Shown piece by piece: positions 35,123 to 44,238 of a DNA stretch of 64,000 nt. The translations under genes and the position numbers were made by a program. Below the pieces are notes generated by a model. It made no database searches and had not been told where the DNA came from. It saw only the letters and a program-made list of their open reading frames with translations. Location: NCBI GenBank assembly GCA_963777605.1, contig CAVZRV010000011.1:32001-96000 (forward strand). The letters are read 5' to 3'. Numbering within the stretch: position 1 is the first letter of the stretch; each line of letters starts with the position of its first letter. The stretch is from an uncultured Acidobacteriota bacterium. Its GTDB lineage: Bacteria > Acidobacteriota > UBA6911 > RPQK01 > JAPXNP01.

Positions 35123-35158
35123 GGTAGACAGAGCGTTCCGCTGAAGGCTCTGTCTACC
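35123..35158. repeat. REP-like hairpin (12-bp perfect inverted repeat)
   Basis: GGTAGACAGAGC-N12-GCTCTGTCTACC, with GTAG at the 5' end. Confidence 0.55.
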
Positions 35159-35343
35159 ATTGGCTGCTCAGAGATCCTCTCTCGAGTAACCGAATCGGGA
35201 CTGTATCAAAAATCGGCATTGGACTCTCGATTTGGTTTAGCCCACCCTAATTGGTGACAGGCCGACACAAATTATTAATGTCTGTCGCAGGTTATGATCG
35301 GATTTAGGGCGTGTCACCAAATTCATTAAGCCGGTCTTTGAAG

Positions 35344-35820
35344 ATGAACAAGAAAAGACTGATTGGGGAGGGCTATAGACTGTTCTCAGCATTTGCCCGC
35401 CCCGCACGTTTCCATGAACATTTCGCGAGTGATCCGGAAGCTGCAGATCACGAAAGCCTCTTGCAAGCCCGAAATCGACAGACGCTTGCATTGGATGACG
35501 TAGCAGGCATCGGTTATAACCCAATATCCGGCATCAGCCCCGAAGGCATGGCGTACTTCATGCCTCGCCTCGTGGAACTCGCGCTGGATCTAGAGTCGAT
35601 TTCGCGATCTGAACAAGAGCCTTACCTGTGGTGTTTCGTCCTTCAAATATCGCCAGAGAAAGCTCCAAAACAGTTCGCCCTGTTCGAAGACCAGCATTGC
35701 CGTTTCCTGTGCAAGATCCTGCAGGCAATCTGGGAGGAACATGAGGAACTGATCAGGGAGGGTTGCTTTGAGGTTGAGTTTCAAAACACCCTTGAATTCT
35801 GGTGTAAGAAAAGTTGCTAG
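35344..35820 (+). CDS. Hypothetical protein (lower GC, orphan)
   Basis: 158-codon ORF; ISPEGMAYFMPRLVELAL. Confidence 0.6.
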   Translation: MNKKRLIGEGYRLFSAFARPARFHEHFASDPEAADHESLLQARNRQTLALDDVAGIGYNPISGISPEGMAYFMPRLVELALDLESISRSEQEPYLWCFVLQISPEKAPKQFALFEDQHCRFLCKILQAIWEEHEELIREGCFEVEFQNTLEFWCKKSC

Positions 35821-35895
35821 CCCACAGAGAGCCTCTTTGGAGAAGCCGGGGCAGAGGTGTACCGGGGATCGGCATGCGCCTCCGGATTCGCCCTT

Positions 35896-36711
35896 CTAGA
35901 AGCGAAAAGTGAAGCGTGAGCTTGCCTCGTGGACGACCTGCCCGAAGTCCCGGATCCGGCGGTCTTCTTCATTGGACAAGGGACCCTTTTCCCGAAGGGC
36001 CTGGAGGTTTTCTTCCAACTCACGGCGGTTTCTGGGACCTGTGAGAACCACGTCCACATGCGGATTGGAAAGGCAGAAGCGATAGCAGTCGCCCGCGGTC
36101 ATGACGGGACCGCTCCAGCCTTTCGGACGTTTGAGCAAACCGCGCCATCGGGTGGCCGTGTAGGCAACGACAGCGGGGCGGCCCTTTTCGAGGTACGGGA
36201 AAATGTCGCGTTCGGCACCCGGGTGAGCCGCGTTGTAGCGAATCATGAGCACGTCGAGGGGCGAGTCCTGGGCCAGCGCGCCCGCTCGCGCCCGGTCGTG
36301 GAGGCTCACGCCGATGGAACGGACCAGGCCAGACTCGCGAAGGGCCACCAGGGCATCGATCGTGGAAGAGGTCCAGGCACTCGCCCGGCCGAGCCAGAAG
36401 AGCTGGAAAACGTCCAGGTAGTCTGTTCCGAGTTTCTTCAGCAGTCGTTCGCAGCCGCGCCTGATGCCGCCGCCGAAGAACCCCAGGGTCGGCCCCGATG
36501 CGAGGACAATGGACTCCCGGTCACGCTTCAATGCCGCCTTGAGCGAGTTCGTGATCCCGCGGGCGTTGGGAGGCCAGAAAACGTAGTTGATCCCCTGCTC
36601 CAGCGCCCACTCCAGGTCCTCTCCGCCAATGCCGAAGTTGGTCGCCAAACCCAGGCGGAATACCTTGCGCCCGAAGACCGGAACCTCCCGAAAGAGAACG
36701 TCGTCGTCCAT
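35896..36711 (-). CDS. Aldo/keto reductase family protein
   Basis: LGTDYLDVFQL, GLVRSIGVS.H, MIRYNAAH, FCLSNPHVDVVLTG. Confidence 0.88.
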   Translation of the reverse strand: MDDDVLFREVPVFGRKVFRLGLATNFGIGGEDLEWALEQGINYVFWPPNARGITNSLKAALKRDRESIVLASGPTLGFFGGGIRRGCERLLKKLGTDYLDVFQLFWLGRASAWTSSTIDALVALRESGLVRSIGVSLHDRARAGALAQDSPLDVLMIRYNAAHPGAERDIFPYLEKGRPAVVAYTATRWRGLLKRPKGWSGPVMTAGDCYRFCLSNPHVDVVLTGPRNRRELEENLQALREKGPLSNEEDRRIRDFGQVVHEASSRFTFRF

Positions 36712-36970
36712 AAACTCTCGTCCTTTCCGTAAGCGGTATTCCCCGGCGAAACAAACAGACGAACGCCGCTTCCAAAATACCTGAATGGTGCCGGCCGGCC
36801 CAAACAAAAAGCGCGAACCTGTTCAGTTCAGTCGGAGCTATTGCCAAGATTCGGGTGACGCGAAGGAACCGAGTACTGTTGCTTCGCTGCGGGCTCCGGC
36901 CTAGCATAAAGAACAGAACATGAGAACGCGGTCTGAGTTTCAACCTGTTTTGTCTCGGAAAGGTACTGCC

Positions 36971-37804
36971 ATGAAGCCGAACTTCCTTCTGCTTGCGGTC
37001 GTGTTTGCCCTGATCCCCGGGTTATTTGCACAGACGGCGGGTTCGCCCGGCGGCAAGGGACCGTGGAAGCTGGTCTGGAGTGACGAGTTCAACGGCCCGG
37101 CGATCGACCGGTCGGTCTGGGGCTATGAGATCGGCTTCGTCCGGAACAAGGAACCCCAGTACTACACCGATCGTCCCGAGAACTCCTACATTGAGAACGG
37201 GAACCTCGTGATCGAAACCCGCATGGAGAACTACCAGGGTGCACCCTATACCTCAGCGAGCCTGAACACGCACGGGAAGAAAGCGTTCCTGTATGGCCGA
37301 ATCGAGATGCGTGCGAAGCTTCCGGAGGGGAACGGGATCTGGCCGGCTTTCTGGACTCTCGGTGAGAAGGAGGGCTGGCCCCGCGGCGGCGAGATTGACA
37401 TTATGGAGCTGTGGGGCGGGCAGATCGATGAGATCTGGGGCAGAAAAGGGGATAACGGCCTGGGGGACGGGGTCACCACCGGCTGCTCTCATTTTGCCGA
37501 CGACAACGGGAAACATGTATCCGGTGGCCAGGGGAAGTACCGGCTACCCAACGGAGCAAAATGTTCCGACGCCTACCATATCTATGCCATCGAATGGGAT
37601 CCGGACGGGATCAAATGGTTCTTCGACGACGTCAACTTCATGAACTTCAAGATCGACACGGCTGCGAAGCGGCATTCCTTTCAGCAACCGCATTACATCC
37701 TGGTCAATACCGCCATCTCCGCTACGGCCAAGCCGGGACCGACGGAGGACACACTCCCGCAGAAGTACTTCATCGACTACGTCCGCGTATACCAGAAGCA
37801 GTAG
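36971..37804 (+). CDS. Secreted GH16 glycoside hydrolase (laminarinase-like)
   Basis: Signal peptide; WSDEFNG, GIWPAFW, GEIDIME catalytic motif. Confidence 0.93.
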   Translation: MKPNFLLLAVVFALIPGLFAQTAGSPGGKGPWKLVWSDEFNGPAIDRSVWGYEIGFVRNKEPQYYTDRPENSYIENGNLVIETRMENYQGAPYTSASLNTHGKKAFLYGRIEMRAKLPEGNGIWPAFWTLGEKEGWPRGGEIDIMELWGGQIDEIWGRKGDNGLGDGVTTGCSHFADDNGKHVSGGQGKYRLPNGAKCSDAYHIYAIEWDPDGIKWFFDDVNFMNFKIDTAAKRHSFQQPHYILVNTAISATAKPGPTEDTLPQKYFIDYVRVYQKQ

Positions 37805-38017
37805 GATTGAATTTCCCGAACTTGTTTCAGTCCTGGTCAATCGGCGCGAAATCGGTGGCAGATCCATAGAGCTTCCTGAAGCCTGGAAACAGCTTGCATT
37901 ATACCTGGGCGTCACGGTGCGGCCTGTCGCACCCGTCCCTGTAAGACATTAAGATTGGTACCAGACCCGGATCTTTGTCCTTTACTTAAGGGACCTTACT
38001 GCGCCGAACCGGGGCTT

Positions 38018-39328
38018 TCAGCGGTCTATTTTCGACCAGACCTTGTTCTCCATATCCTTCATCCGGATCTCCACCGGCGGCAGGTCGGGGAGGTTGCTCT
38101 CCGGGCGATCGAGGTAAAACCAGGCCGTCGCCGAGACGTCGTCGCTCCGGTAGAAGTAGGCTCCGTCCTTGTCGTCAATCGACGGCGGTTCGGGCATGTC
38201 GAGGACTCGAAGGTACTCAGGCCTGGGACCTTTCAGTCGAAGGATGTCTCCGCCCTTCGCATCGAGGAGCGCAACCAGCTTCAGTTCGGCTCCCCGCTTC
38301 TGCATCTCCCGAAACTTCTTGACCGAGGAGTTCCCCATCTGCTGAATCGTGACCCGGCACTCCCGGTGGAAGTAGACCGGGTCAACCACGTGATAGCGGT
38401 AGAAAGCGTAAAGGTCATTTTCGCTGTCCGAGACCAGTGATCCGGAATAGCGGTTTGCGTAGCGACCCTGGCCGAATCCGGACCCGATGTAGTCTTCGGT
38501 TCCGGTCCCCACCAGCGTCGGCCGCTCCCGGTCACCATCCAGGTAGGCCTTAACCTCGCCTTCTCCGAACCAGGTGCCGCGATATGCCTCGTCACCAATC
38601 ACCCCAATCCCTGCCCCCAGGTAACGGCCTTTCCCTTCCACCCGGGGAAGGATTTCGTAGGCTTCGCCGAGCTTCGTCTTGAGCTGCCGGTTCCAGTAGG
38701 TGTGGAAGTAGAGTGCATTCTCGAACGGCTTGTCGAGCGTCAGAAGGTCGATGTCGTACCAGAAGAGAACGTAGTACGGAGACTCGTTTGTGACCACAAC
38801 CCTCGCGCCGGTCCGGAAGGGCATCGGAATCGTCATGTTGAAGGAACGTCCCTCAGGACTTGAGAAGAGCTCGCTGTCGAAGGGGGTCAGCATGCCGAGG
38901 CCGGCCCCGAATAAGTCGCCGATGGGAGCCGAAACGGCCGGCTTCGAAGCCCCGTCCCAATACATGTCGATCCGTACCATGCGCCGCTGTTCAGAACTGC
39001 GGGCGATGGTACCGCTCATCCACATCCGGTTGATGACTCCGGCGCCCTCGTAGTCGAGCAGGAGCTGTTGGGCACCAGGTGCGATCGTGTAAAAGGCGTT
39101 TCCTTTGGCTCCCTGGTTGGTCTTCCCGCCCTCGCCCGGGTCCCCGTTGGGATTCTCGGGACTGGCCCAACGGGTATGCGTTCCGTCGGGTGGAACTGTG
39201 AAGAGCATTCCGGGCTGCCCAGGTTGGAGCGCCGCGGAATCAGACCCGTCAGTTTTCCCGGGTTGGCCAGAACAGCCGGAAACCAGCAGCACTCCCAATA
39301 TGACCACAATTCGCTGGGCTGAATTCAT
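38018..39328 (-). CDS. DUF2961 (GH172-like) lipoprotein
   Basis: LVSGC lipobox; SPENPNG, PMPF, WFGEGE, GTGTEDY. Confidence 0.87.
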   Translation of the reverse strand: MNSAQRIVVILGVLLVSGCSGQPGKTDGSDSAALQPGQPGMLFTVPPDGTHTRWASPENPNGDPGEGGKTNQGAKGNAFYTIAPGAQQLLLDYEGAGVINRMWMSGTIARSSEQRRMVRIDMYWDGASKPAVSAPIGDLFGAGLGMLTPFDSELFSSPEGRSFNMTIPMPFRTGARVVVTNESPYYVLFWYDIDLLTLDKPFENALYFHTYWNRQLKTKLGEAYEILPRVEGKGRYLGAGIGVIGDEAYRGTWFGEGEVKAYLDGDRERPTLVGTGTEDYIGSGFGQGRYANRYSGSLVSDSENDLYAFYRYHVVDPVYFHRECRVTIQQMGNSSVKKFREMQKRGAELKLVALLDAKGGDILRLKGPRPEYLRVLDMPEPPSIDDKDGAYFYRSDDVSATAWFYLDRPESNLPDLPPVEIRMKDMENKVWSKIDR

Positions 39329-39338
39329 GGGAGCCAGC

Positions 39339-40610
39339 CTACACCGAAGCCGCGGCCTTGTCACCGGCGACCGAGGCGGCCAGCCCGCGGGCGGCGACTC
39401 TGCCGCTCGCCCACGCCCACTGAAAGTTGAAGCCGCCAAGGCGGCCATCCACGTCGAGGATCTCGCCGACGAGAAAGAGGCCGGGGCAGAGGCGTGACTG
39501 CATGGAACGGGGATCAACTTCCCCCAGTGCCACCCCACCGGCCGTCACCTCGGCAAACCGGTAGCCGCGGCTGTCGACGACGGGTAGGTGCAACGCGGTT
39601 GATAGTCGGGCCAGGCGGCGACGTTCGTCCCGGGTCAACTGCCCGACCGGCCTCGACGCATCCACCCGGGCCAGCCTGCTGACCGACGCAGCGACGGCCG
39701 CCGGCATGTGAAGCGCCAGGGCATTCGCGGTTCCGAGACGGGGGCGGTCTTGGCCCACTTCCAACAGTCGCCGGTCTACCCTGGGAAAATCGAGCCCCGG
39801 AAATAGGTTGGCCACGAGGAGCGGTTCCAGCCGTTCCAGCCGGGCGCGCAGCCAGTGCCTCGAGATGTCGAGTACGGCGGGGCCGCTGGCCCCGAAGTGG
39901 GTCCACAACATCGAACCGGCCACGCGGATCGGTTTGCGGTCCGGCACCGAAAGCGTCAATTCGACCGGCTGGCTGACTCCCTGCAACTCCGTGTGGGGTC
40001 CGTCGCCCAGCACCAGCGGGACAAGGGCGGGAGTCGTGGGAACGATCGTGTGGCCGAGGCCCTGGGCCAGTTCGTATCCGGCGCCGTCACTGCCGCTCTT
40101 GGGCAGCGACCGCCCCCCGGTGGCCAGCACAACCCGCCTGCTCCGGAAAAGACCGCAGGCGGTTTGCACCGTAAAGCCCAGTTTCTCGGCGGCAATAGCG
40201 CTGACACGATGGGACGTCAAGAGGCGCACTCCGCGGGCCCGGCATTCGCCGAGCAGCGCGTCGAGAACCGACCGCGCCCGGCTTGAATCCGGGAACAGCT
40301 TTCCCAGAACCTCTTCGTGCAGAGGAACGCCCAGGCCGGCGAAGAAGTTCGTCGTTGCTTCGACCGGAAACGCCCTGAGAACGCGTGCGATTGCCCCTCT
40401 CGTACCACCGTTGAAATCAGCTTCGCGGACTTCCCGGTTGGTGACATTGCAGCGGCCGCCTCCGCTGACGAGGATCTTGGCGCCGGGCACGCGAGCCCCG
40501 TCCAGCAACACAATGCCCGCGCCGGGGAGTTCTCTGGCCGCGAAGATAGCCGTTGCCAACCCAGCTGCACCGGCACCCACGATGACAATGTCGGTGAATT
40601 GTTCAGTCAC
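39339..40610 (-). CDS. HI0933/BaiN-family flavoprotein
   Basis: GAGAAG, KILVSGGGRCNVTN, ATGG.S.PKSGSDG.GY, GGFNFQWAWASG. Confidence 0.92.
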   Translation of the reverse strand: MTEQFTDIVIVGAGAAGLATAIFAARELPGAGIVLLDGARVPGAKILVSGGGRCNVTNREVREADFNGGTRGAIARVLRAFPVEATTNFFAGLGVPLHEEVLGKLFPDSSRARSVLDALLGECRARGVRLLTSHRVSAIAAEKLGFTVQTACGLFRSRRVVLATGGRSLPKSGSDGAGYELAQGLGHTIVPTTPALVPLVLGDGPHTELQGVSQPVELTLSVPDRKPIRVAGSMLWTHFGASGPAVLDISRHWLRARLERLEPLLVANLFPGLDFPRVDRRLLEVGQDRPRLGTANALALHMPAAVAASVSRLARVDASRPVGQLTRDERRRLARLSTALHLPVVDSRGYRFAEVTAGGVALGEVDPRSMQSRLCPGLFLVGEILDVDGRLGGFNFQWAWASGRVAARGLAASVAGDKAAASV

Positions 40611-40631
40611 TCGGTGAATCGCTCAGTTCCG

Positions 40632-41825
40632 CTATTGAGGAGACACTTTGACGAGAACCAGACCGTGCGAGGGTACTTCAGCCGAGAAGCTGGACTTGAA
40701 TATTCCGAGGTCCCGGTGCTGCCAGAGGTCGCGAACCGTAGCCTCCTGGTCCGGGTCCAGAATGATTTCCTGCCAGGAAACCGCGATGCGATGCGGTGTT
40801 TCTCCGCGATTGAGGAGACCGACCGCGCGGGAACCGTCGGCCAGCGGACGGGACCAGACTTCCAGGTCGCCGTCGTCGCGAATCCGGTCGCCGGCAACCC
40901 CCAACGGATCCTGATCCACCGCGATGACCTCACGATTCGTCAGAAGGTCACGAATGTCGGAAGACATGGTCCGGATGTCGTTTCCTGCCATCAAAGGCGC
41001 GGCCATCAGGCACCAGAGGCCGAAGTGGGCTCGGTATTCAGTCAGGTTCATTCCGCCGTTTCCAACCTCGAGCATGTCCGGGTCATTCCAGTGCCCTGGT
41101 CCCGCGTACGGCGCAATTCCGGCCTGCAGATCTATGATCCTGGTCCAGGAAAGGCCACCCCAATCCTTCTTGCAGTCCCAACAATCCACTATGTCCCCAG
41201 TGGTGCGCCAGAGCTGACCGACGCCCTGAGCCCAGAGCCACGGCTTCTCGACTCCCCATTCACACATACTGAAGACGATGTCCCGGCCCGATTCCCGGAG
41301 CGCCTGGGACATCTTAGGGTACGCCGTCTTGGGATCCTGACCTTCACTGTGGCACCAGTCATACTTCAGGTAGTCAACTCCCCACGCCGCGTATTGCCGG
41401 GCATCCTGTTTTTCGTGCCCCTTCGACCCCGGGCGCCCCTGGCAGGTGGCCGTTCCGGCATCCGAGTAAATGCCGAACTTGAGACCCTTTGAATGAACGT
41501 AATCGGCAAGAGCCTTGATACCGGAGGGAAACCGGTCGGGATCGGCAATGATATTTCCCTGCTCGTCCCGTCGAACCTGCCAGCAGTCGTCGATGACGAC
41601 ATACTGATACCCGGCATCCTTCATGCCGCTCGACACCATCGCGTCGGCAGCTTCCTTGATTAGCTTCTCACTGACGTCGCAGCCGAACTTGTTCCAGCTG
41701 TTCCAACCCATCGGCGGGGTGAGCGAGAGAACCTCCTGCTTCGTTCCCTGGGCCGACGAGACCGTGCCCAACAGGAGAGTAAAGAGCAAAATAAGCGCAG
41801 CCCGGTATAGACGTACAATTCCCAT
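40632..41825 (-). CDS. GH27 alpha-galactosidase
   Basis: TPPMGWNSWN, IDDCW, YLKYDWC, WRTTGDI, WNDPDMLEVG. Confidence 0.95.
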   Translation of the reverse strand: MGIVRLYRAALILLFTLLLGTVSSAQGTKQEVLSLTPPMGWNSWNKFGCDVSEKLIKEAADAMVSSGMKDAGYQYVVIDDCWQVRRDEQGNIIADPDRFPSGIKALADYVHSKGLKFGIYSDAGTATCQGRPGSKGHEKQDARQYAAWGVDYLKYDWCHSEGQDPKTAYPKMSQALRESGRDIVFSMCEWGVEKPWLWAQGVGQLWRTTGDIVDCWDCKKDWGGLSWTRIIDLQAGIAPYAGPGHWNDPDMLEVGNGGMNLTEYRAHFGLWCLMAAPLMAGNDIRTMSSDIRDLLTNREVIAVDQDPLGVAGDRIRDDGDLEVWSRPLADGSRAVGLLNRGETPHRIAVSWQEIILDPDQEATVRDLWQHRDLGIFKSSFSAEVPSHGLVLVKVSPQ

Positions 41826-41885
41826 GACACTTCCTTTCGAAAACAACAGCGATGTTCCCAGCCGGGCGGCGCCGGATGCTGCTCA

Positions 41886-42548
41886 TCAGACGAGTCTGTG
41901 CTCGACCGCGTAGCGAATCAATGCCGCATCATTCTTGACACCAAGCTTGTCCAGGATGCGGGTCCGGTAAGAACTGATCGTCTGGGGACTCAAGAACAGT
42001 GTTTCGGCGATGGTAGCCCGCTTCTTCCCCTGGGAGATCAGGCTGAGTACCTGCGTCTCCCGCGAGGAAAGCGTCGGCTGAGCTTCCATCCCCGACCCGA
42101 GTTTAAACAGCAGTGTTTGAGCAACCTCAGGGCTGACGAAACAGTGCCCGGAGAGGGTTCTTCGGAGAGCCTGCACGAGGTGGTGAGGCGTACTCTGCCT
42201 TCCCAGATAGCCTGTCACATGGGCTCGAATCACGGCCATTGCGTCATGGTCTGAGGGAGAGGAGTTGAGGACCAGCAGAGGCAAATCGGGCTTTTCCGCC
42301 CGAATCTGCTCAATAAGGTTAAGCCCAAATCCGGAAGCCGTGTCGTAAATCAGGAAAACCAGGTCGATCGAGTCTTCCCTGATCCGGTTGAGGACCGCTC
42401 CCGCACTTCCGGCGTGGTGATGTTCGTCGATCTGATAGCCTGCCCGGCTGATCAAAGAAGCCAGTGCAGACCGAACCAGAGGGAATGCACCGGCGATGAG
42501 TATCTGTTGGTTGTCTTTCGATCTATTCACTTCAGTCTCCTTCCCCAT
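41886..42548 (-). CDS. NarL/LuxR-family regulator with degenerate receiver
   Basis: LSSRETQVL...LSPQTISSYRTRILDKL HTH; acidic-pocket and phospho-acceptor Asp residues absent. Confidence 0.85.
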   Translation of the reverse strand: MGKETEVNRSKDNQQILIAGAFPLVRSALASLISRAGYQIDEHHHAGSAGAVLNRIREDSIDLVFLIYDTASGFGLNLIEQIRAEKPDLPLLVLNSSPSDHDAMAVIRAHVTGYLGRQSTPHHLVQALRRTLSGHCFVSPEVAQTLLFKLGSGMEAQPTLSSRETQVLSLISQGKKRATIAETLFLSPQTISSYRTRILDKLGVKNDAALIRYAVEHRLV

Positions 42549-42597
42549 CAGGAACACCTTGTAAGGCATCCCAGGTGAAGGTCCGACTCCCCGCAGT

Positions 42598-42870
42598 TCA
42601 CGCTGGCTGCCCAGCCGTGACGGAAACCGGGACCAGATCTTCTTCAAATTCCGCGGAAACCGTTCCCCCGTCGGCGAACACCTCGTAGAGAAGCCACTGC
42701 TCGACCTGGTTTCCCGGCTCGTCCGAATTCGGGATCCAGACCCCGTCGATAATCCAGCGATCGACCACCATGCCCTGGTGGCGGGTCTGTCGGCTGAGCA
42801 CGCGTTCGCCCATCGAAAAACGGAAGTTCCTGTCCACGCCCTTGTCCTTTGTGTCCATGCCTGTTCCCAT
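42598..42870 (-). CDS. Small hypothetical protein (SH3-like beta fold possible)
   Basis: FRFSMGERV...GMVVDRW...YEV...FEEDL. Confidence 0.5.
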   Translation of the reverse strand: MGTGMDTKDKGVDRNFRFSMGERVLSRQTRHQGMVVDRWIIDGVWIPNSDEPGNQVEQWLLYEVFADGGTVSAEFEEDLVPVSVTAGQPA

Positions 42871-43145
42871 GACCTCTCGCATTAGTCCTTCACCCCGTCG
42901 CTCCCCAAAGGCCGGTGGAGGACGTCTGCTCCTCCCAACTGCCGGCACCCCATATCCAGCGGGGCTAAGTCTGACTTAATATCCTCGGAAATGAACAGGC
43001 AATGCACAATCCGTCGGGAACGGAATTCAAGGTAGGGAAAATCCTTAGATTTACGATGGTTGATTTGAGCCCAACGATTTCAAATTCAGATTACGATCCA
43101 CGATTCTTGTGGCATTCCTTGGTTATCTGATCGGGGAGAGTTTCG

Positions 43146-43440
43146 ATGAATCGACATCCGGGAATGGGCCACGCAAGAGGAATCGCTCCAGCCGGGAATT
43201 TCGGCTACTGTTCTTACGGGGGATACCGGGAAACGAAGGCCAGGGCAACCGGTTTCTTCCGGGTGGAGCAAACCGACGGCAGGTGGTGGCTCGTCGATCC
43301 GGACGGACACCGTTTTCTGTCGGTCTGCGTGCTCGGACTCGGTTCGCCCGGTTACTCAACACAGACAGCGCAGCGCAGCGATTACTTTGCCGCCCTGCCG
43401 CAGGTACGATCCAAACCACCTGAGCCTGGGCATGCGTTTC
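43146..43440 (+). pseudogene. Fragment of GH50/agarase-like glycoside hydrolase
   Basis: ATGFFRVEQTDGRWWLVDPDG.RFLS, then truncated. Confidence 0.65.
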
Positions 43441-43496
43441 GGCGGCCAGCCGCCCGACTACCAACTGAGCGATTCGTTCTAGGCGAAACCAAAGGG

Positions 43497-43856
43497 TTAC
43501 CTCGCCTGCATCGTCGAGAGAAGGTGTTCTGCCTCCTCGCAGGTGAGAATCTTTTCGTCCAGCAGGGTTTGGACGAGCGCTGCAGCAGAGCCCCGGTAGG
43601 CTCGTTCTACAACGAACTTCAGGGTTGAACGCTGGGCCTGCTCCCGGGTCAGTTCCGCTGTGTAGAGTCGCGTGTTGGCTCGAAGCCTGGAATCGAGCAC
43701 CCCTTTTCGAGTGAGTCGAACCATGATCGTCTGGACCGTCTGGTAGGCCCAGTTCGTCTTTGGTTCCACGACCTCGAGGACATCCCGCACGCTGCTCTCA
43801 ACGGGCCGGTCCCAGACTGCATTCATCACCACCCACTCGGCATCAGAAAGCCGCAT
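43497..43856 (-). CDS. BlaI/MecI/CopY-family transcriptional regulator
   Basis: LSDAEWVVMNAVW, WAYQTVQTIMVRL..KG; AAGGAG RBS. Confidence 0.9.
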   Translation of the reverse strand: MRLSDAEWVVMNAVWDRPVESSVRDVLEVVEPKTNWAYQTVQTIMVRLTRKGVLDSRLRANTRLYTAELTREQAQRSTLKFVVERAYRGSAAALVQTLLDEKILTCEEAEHLLSTMQAR

Positions 43857-43883
43857 CACTCTCTCCTTGTCAGTCGTACCGAA

Positions 43884-43900
43884 TACCACTGCACGTCGGA
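43884..43900. promoter_or_regulatory. Possible BlaI-type operator
   Basis: TACCAC-TGCAC-GTCGGA imperfect 6-5-6 palindrome just upstream of the regulator, plus a GTCGTA half-site at 43873. Confidence 0.35.
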
Positions 43901-44238
43901 CACAATTCAGAAGGCTCAACAGCACTCACGGGAATCAGCGGTAATTATTGTGTCTGAGATTGAACTGAATGTTCAACAGAAAACAGCCAGGAACCAGGTA
44001 TTGGCATTCTTCCGACAGCTGGGACAGGAGATCGAACGGACCCGGAGGTGGGTCATTTTGACTCGTGCGGTGCCCGAATCGGGACCACCGAAATGAGCTT
44101 CATCGTCTCAACTCGTGGCGAAATTCCATAAATCATTCAGGATCAGCGAAATTAGAGGATCCCCGATGAATCTGGAACGAAATTTGCGTTTCCATTTTAT
44201 GCAAGTTAGAAGAATATTAAAAAGATACACATCTGGTA

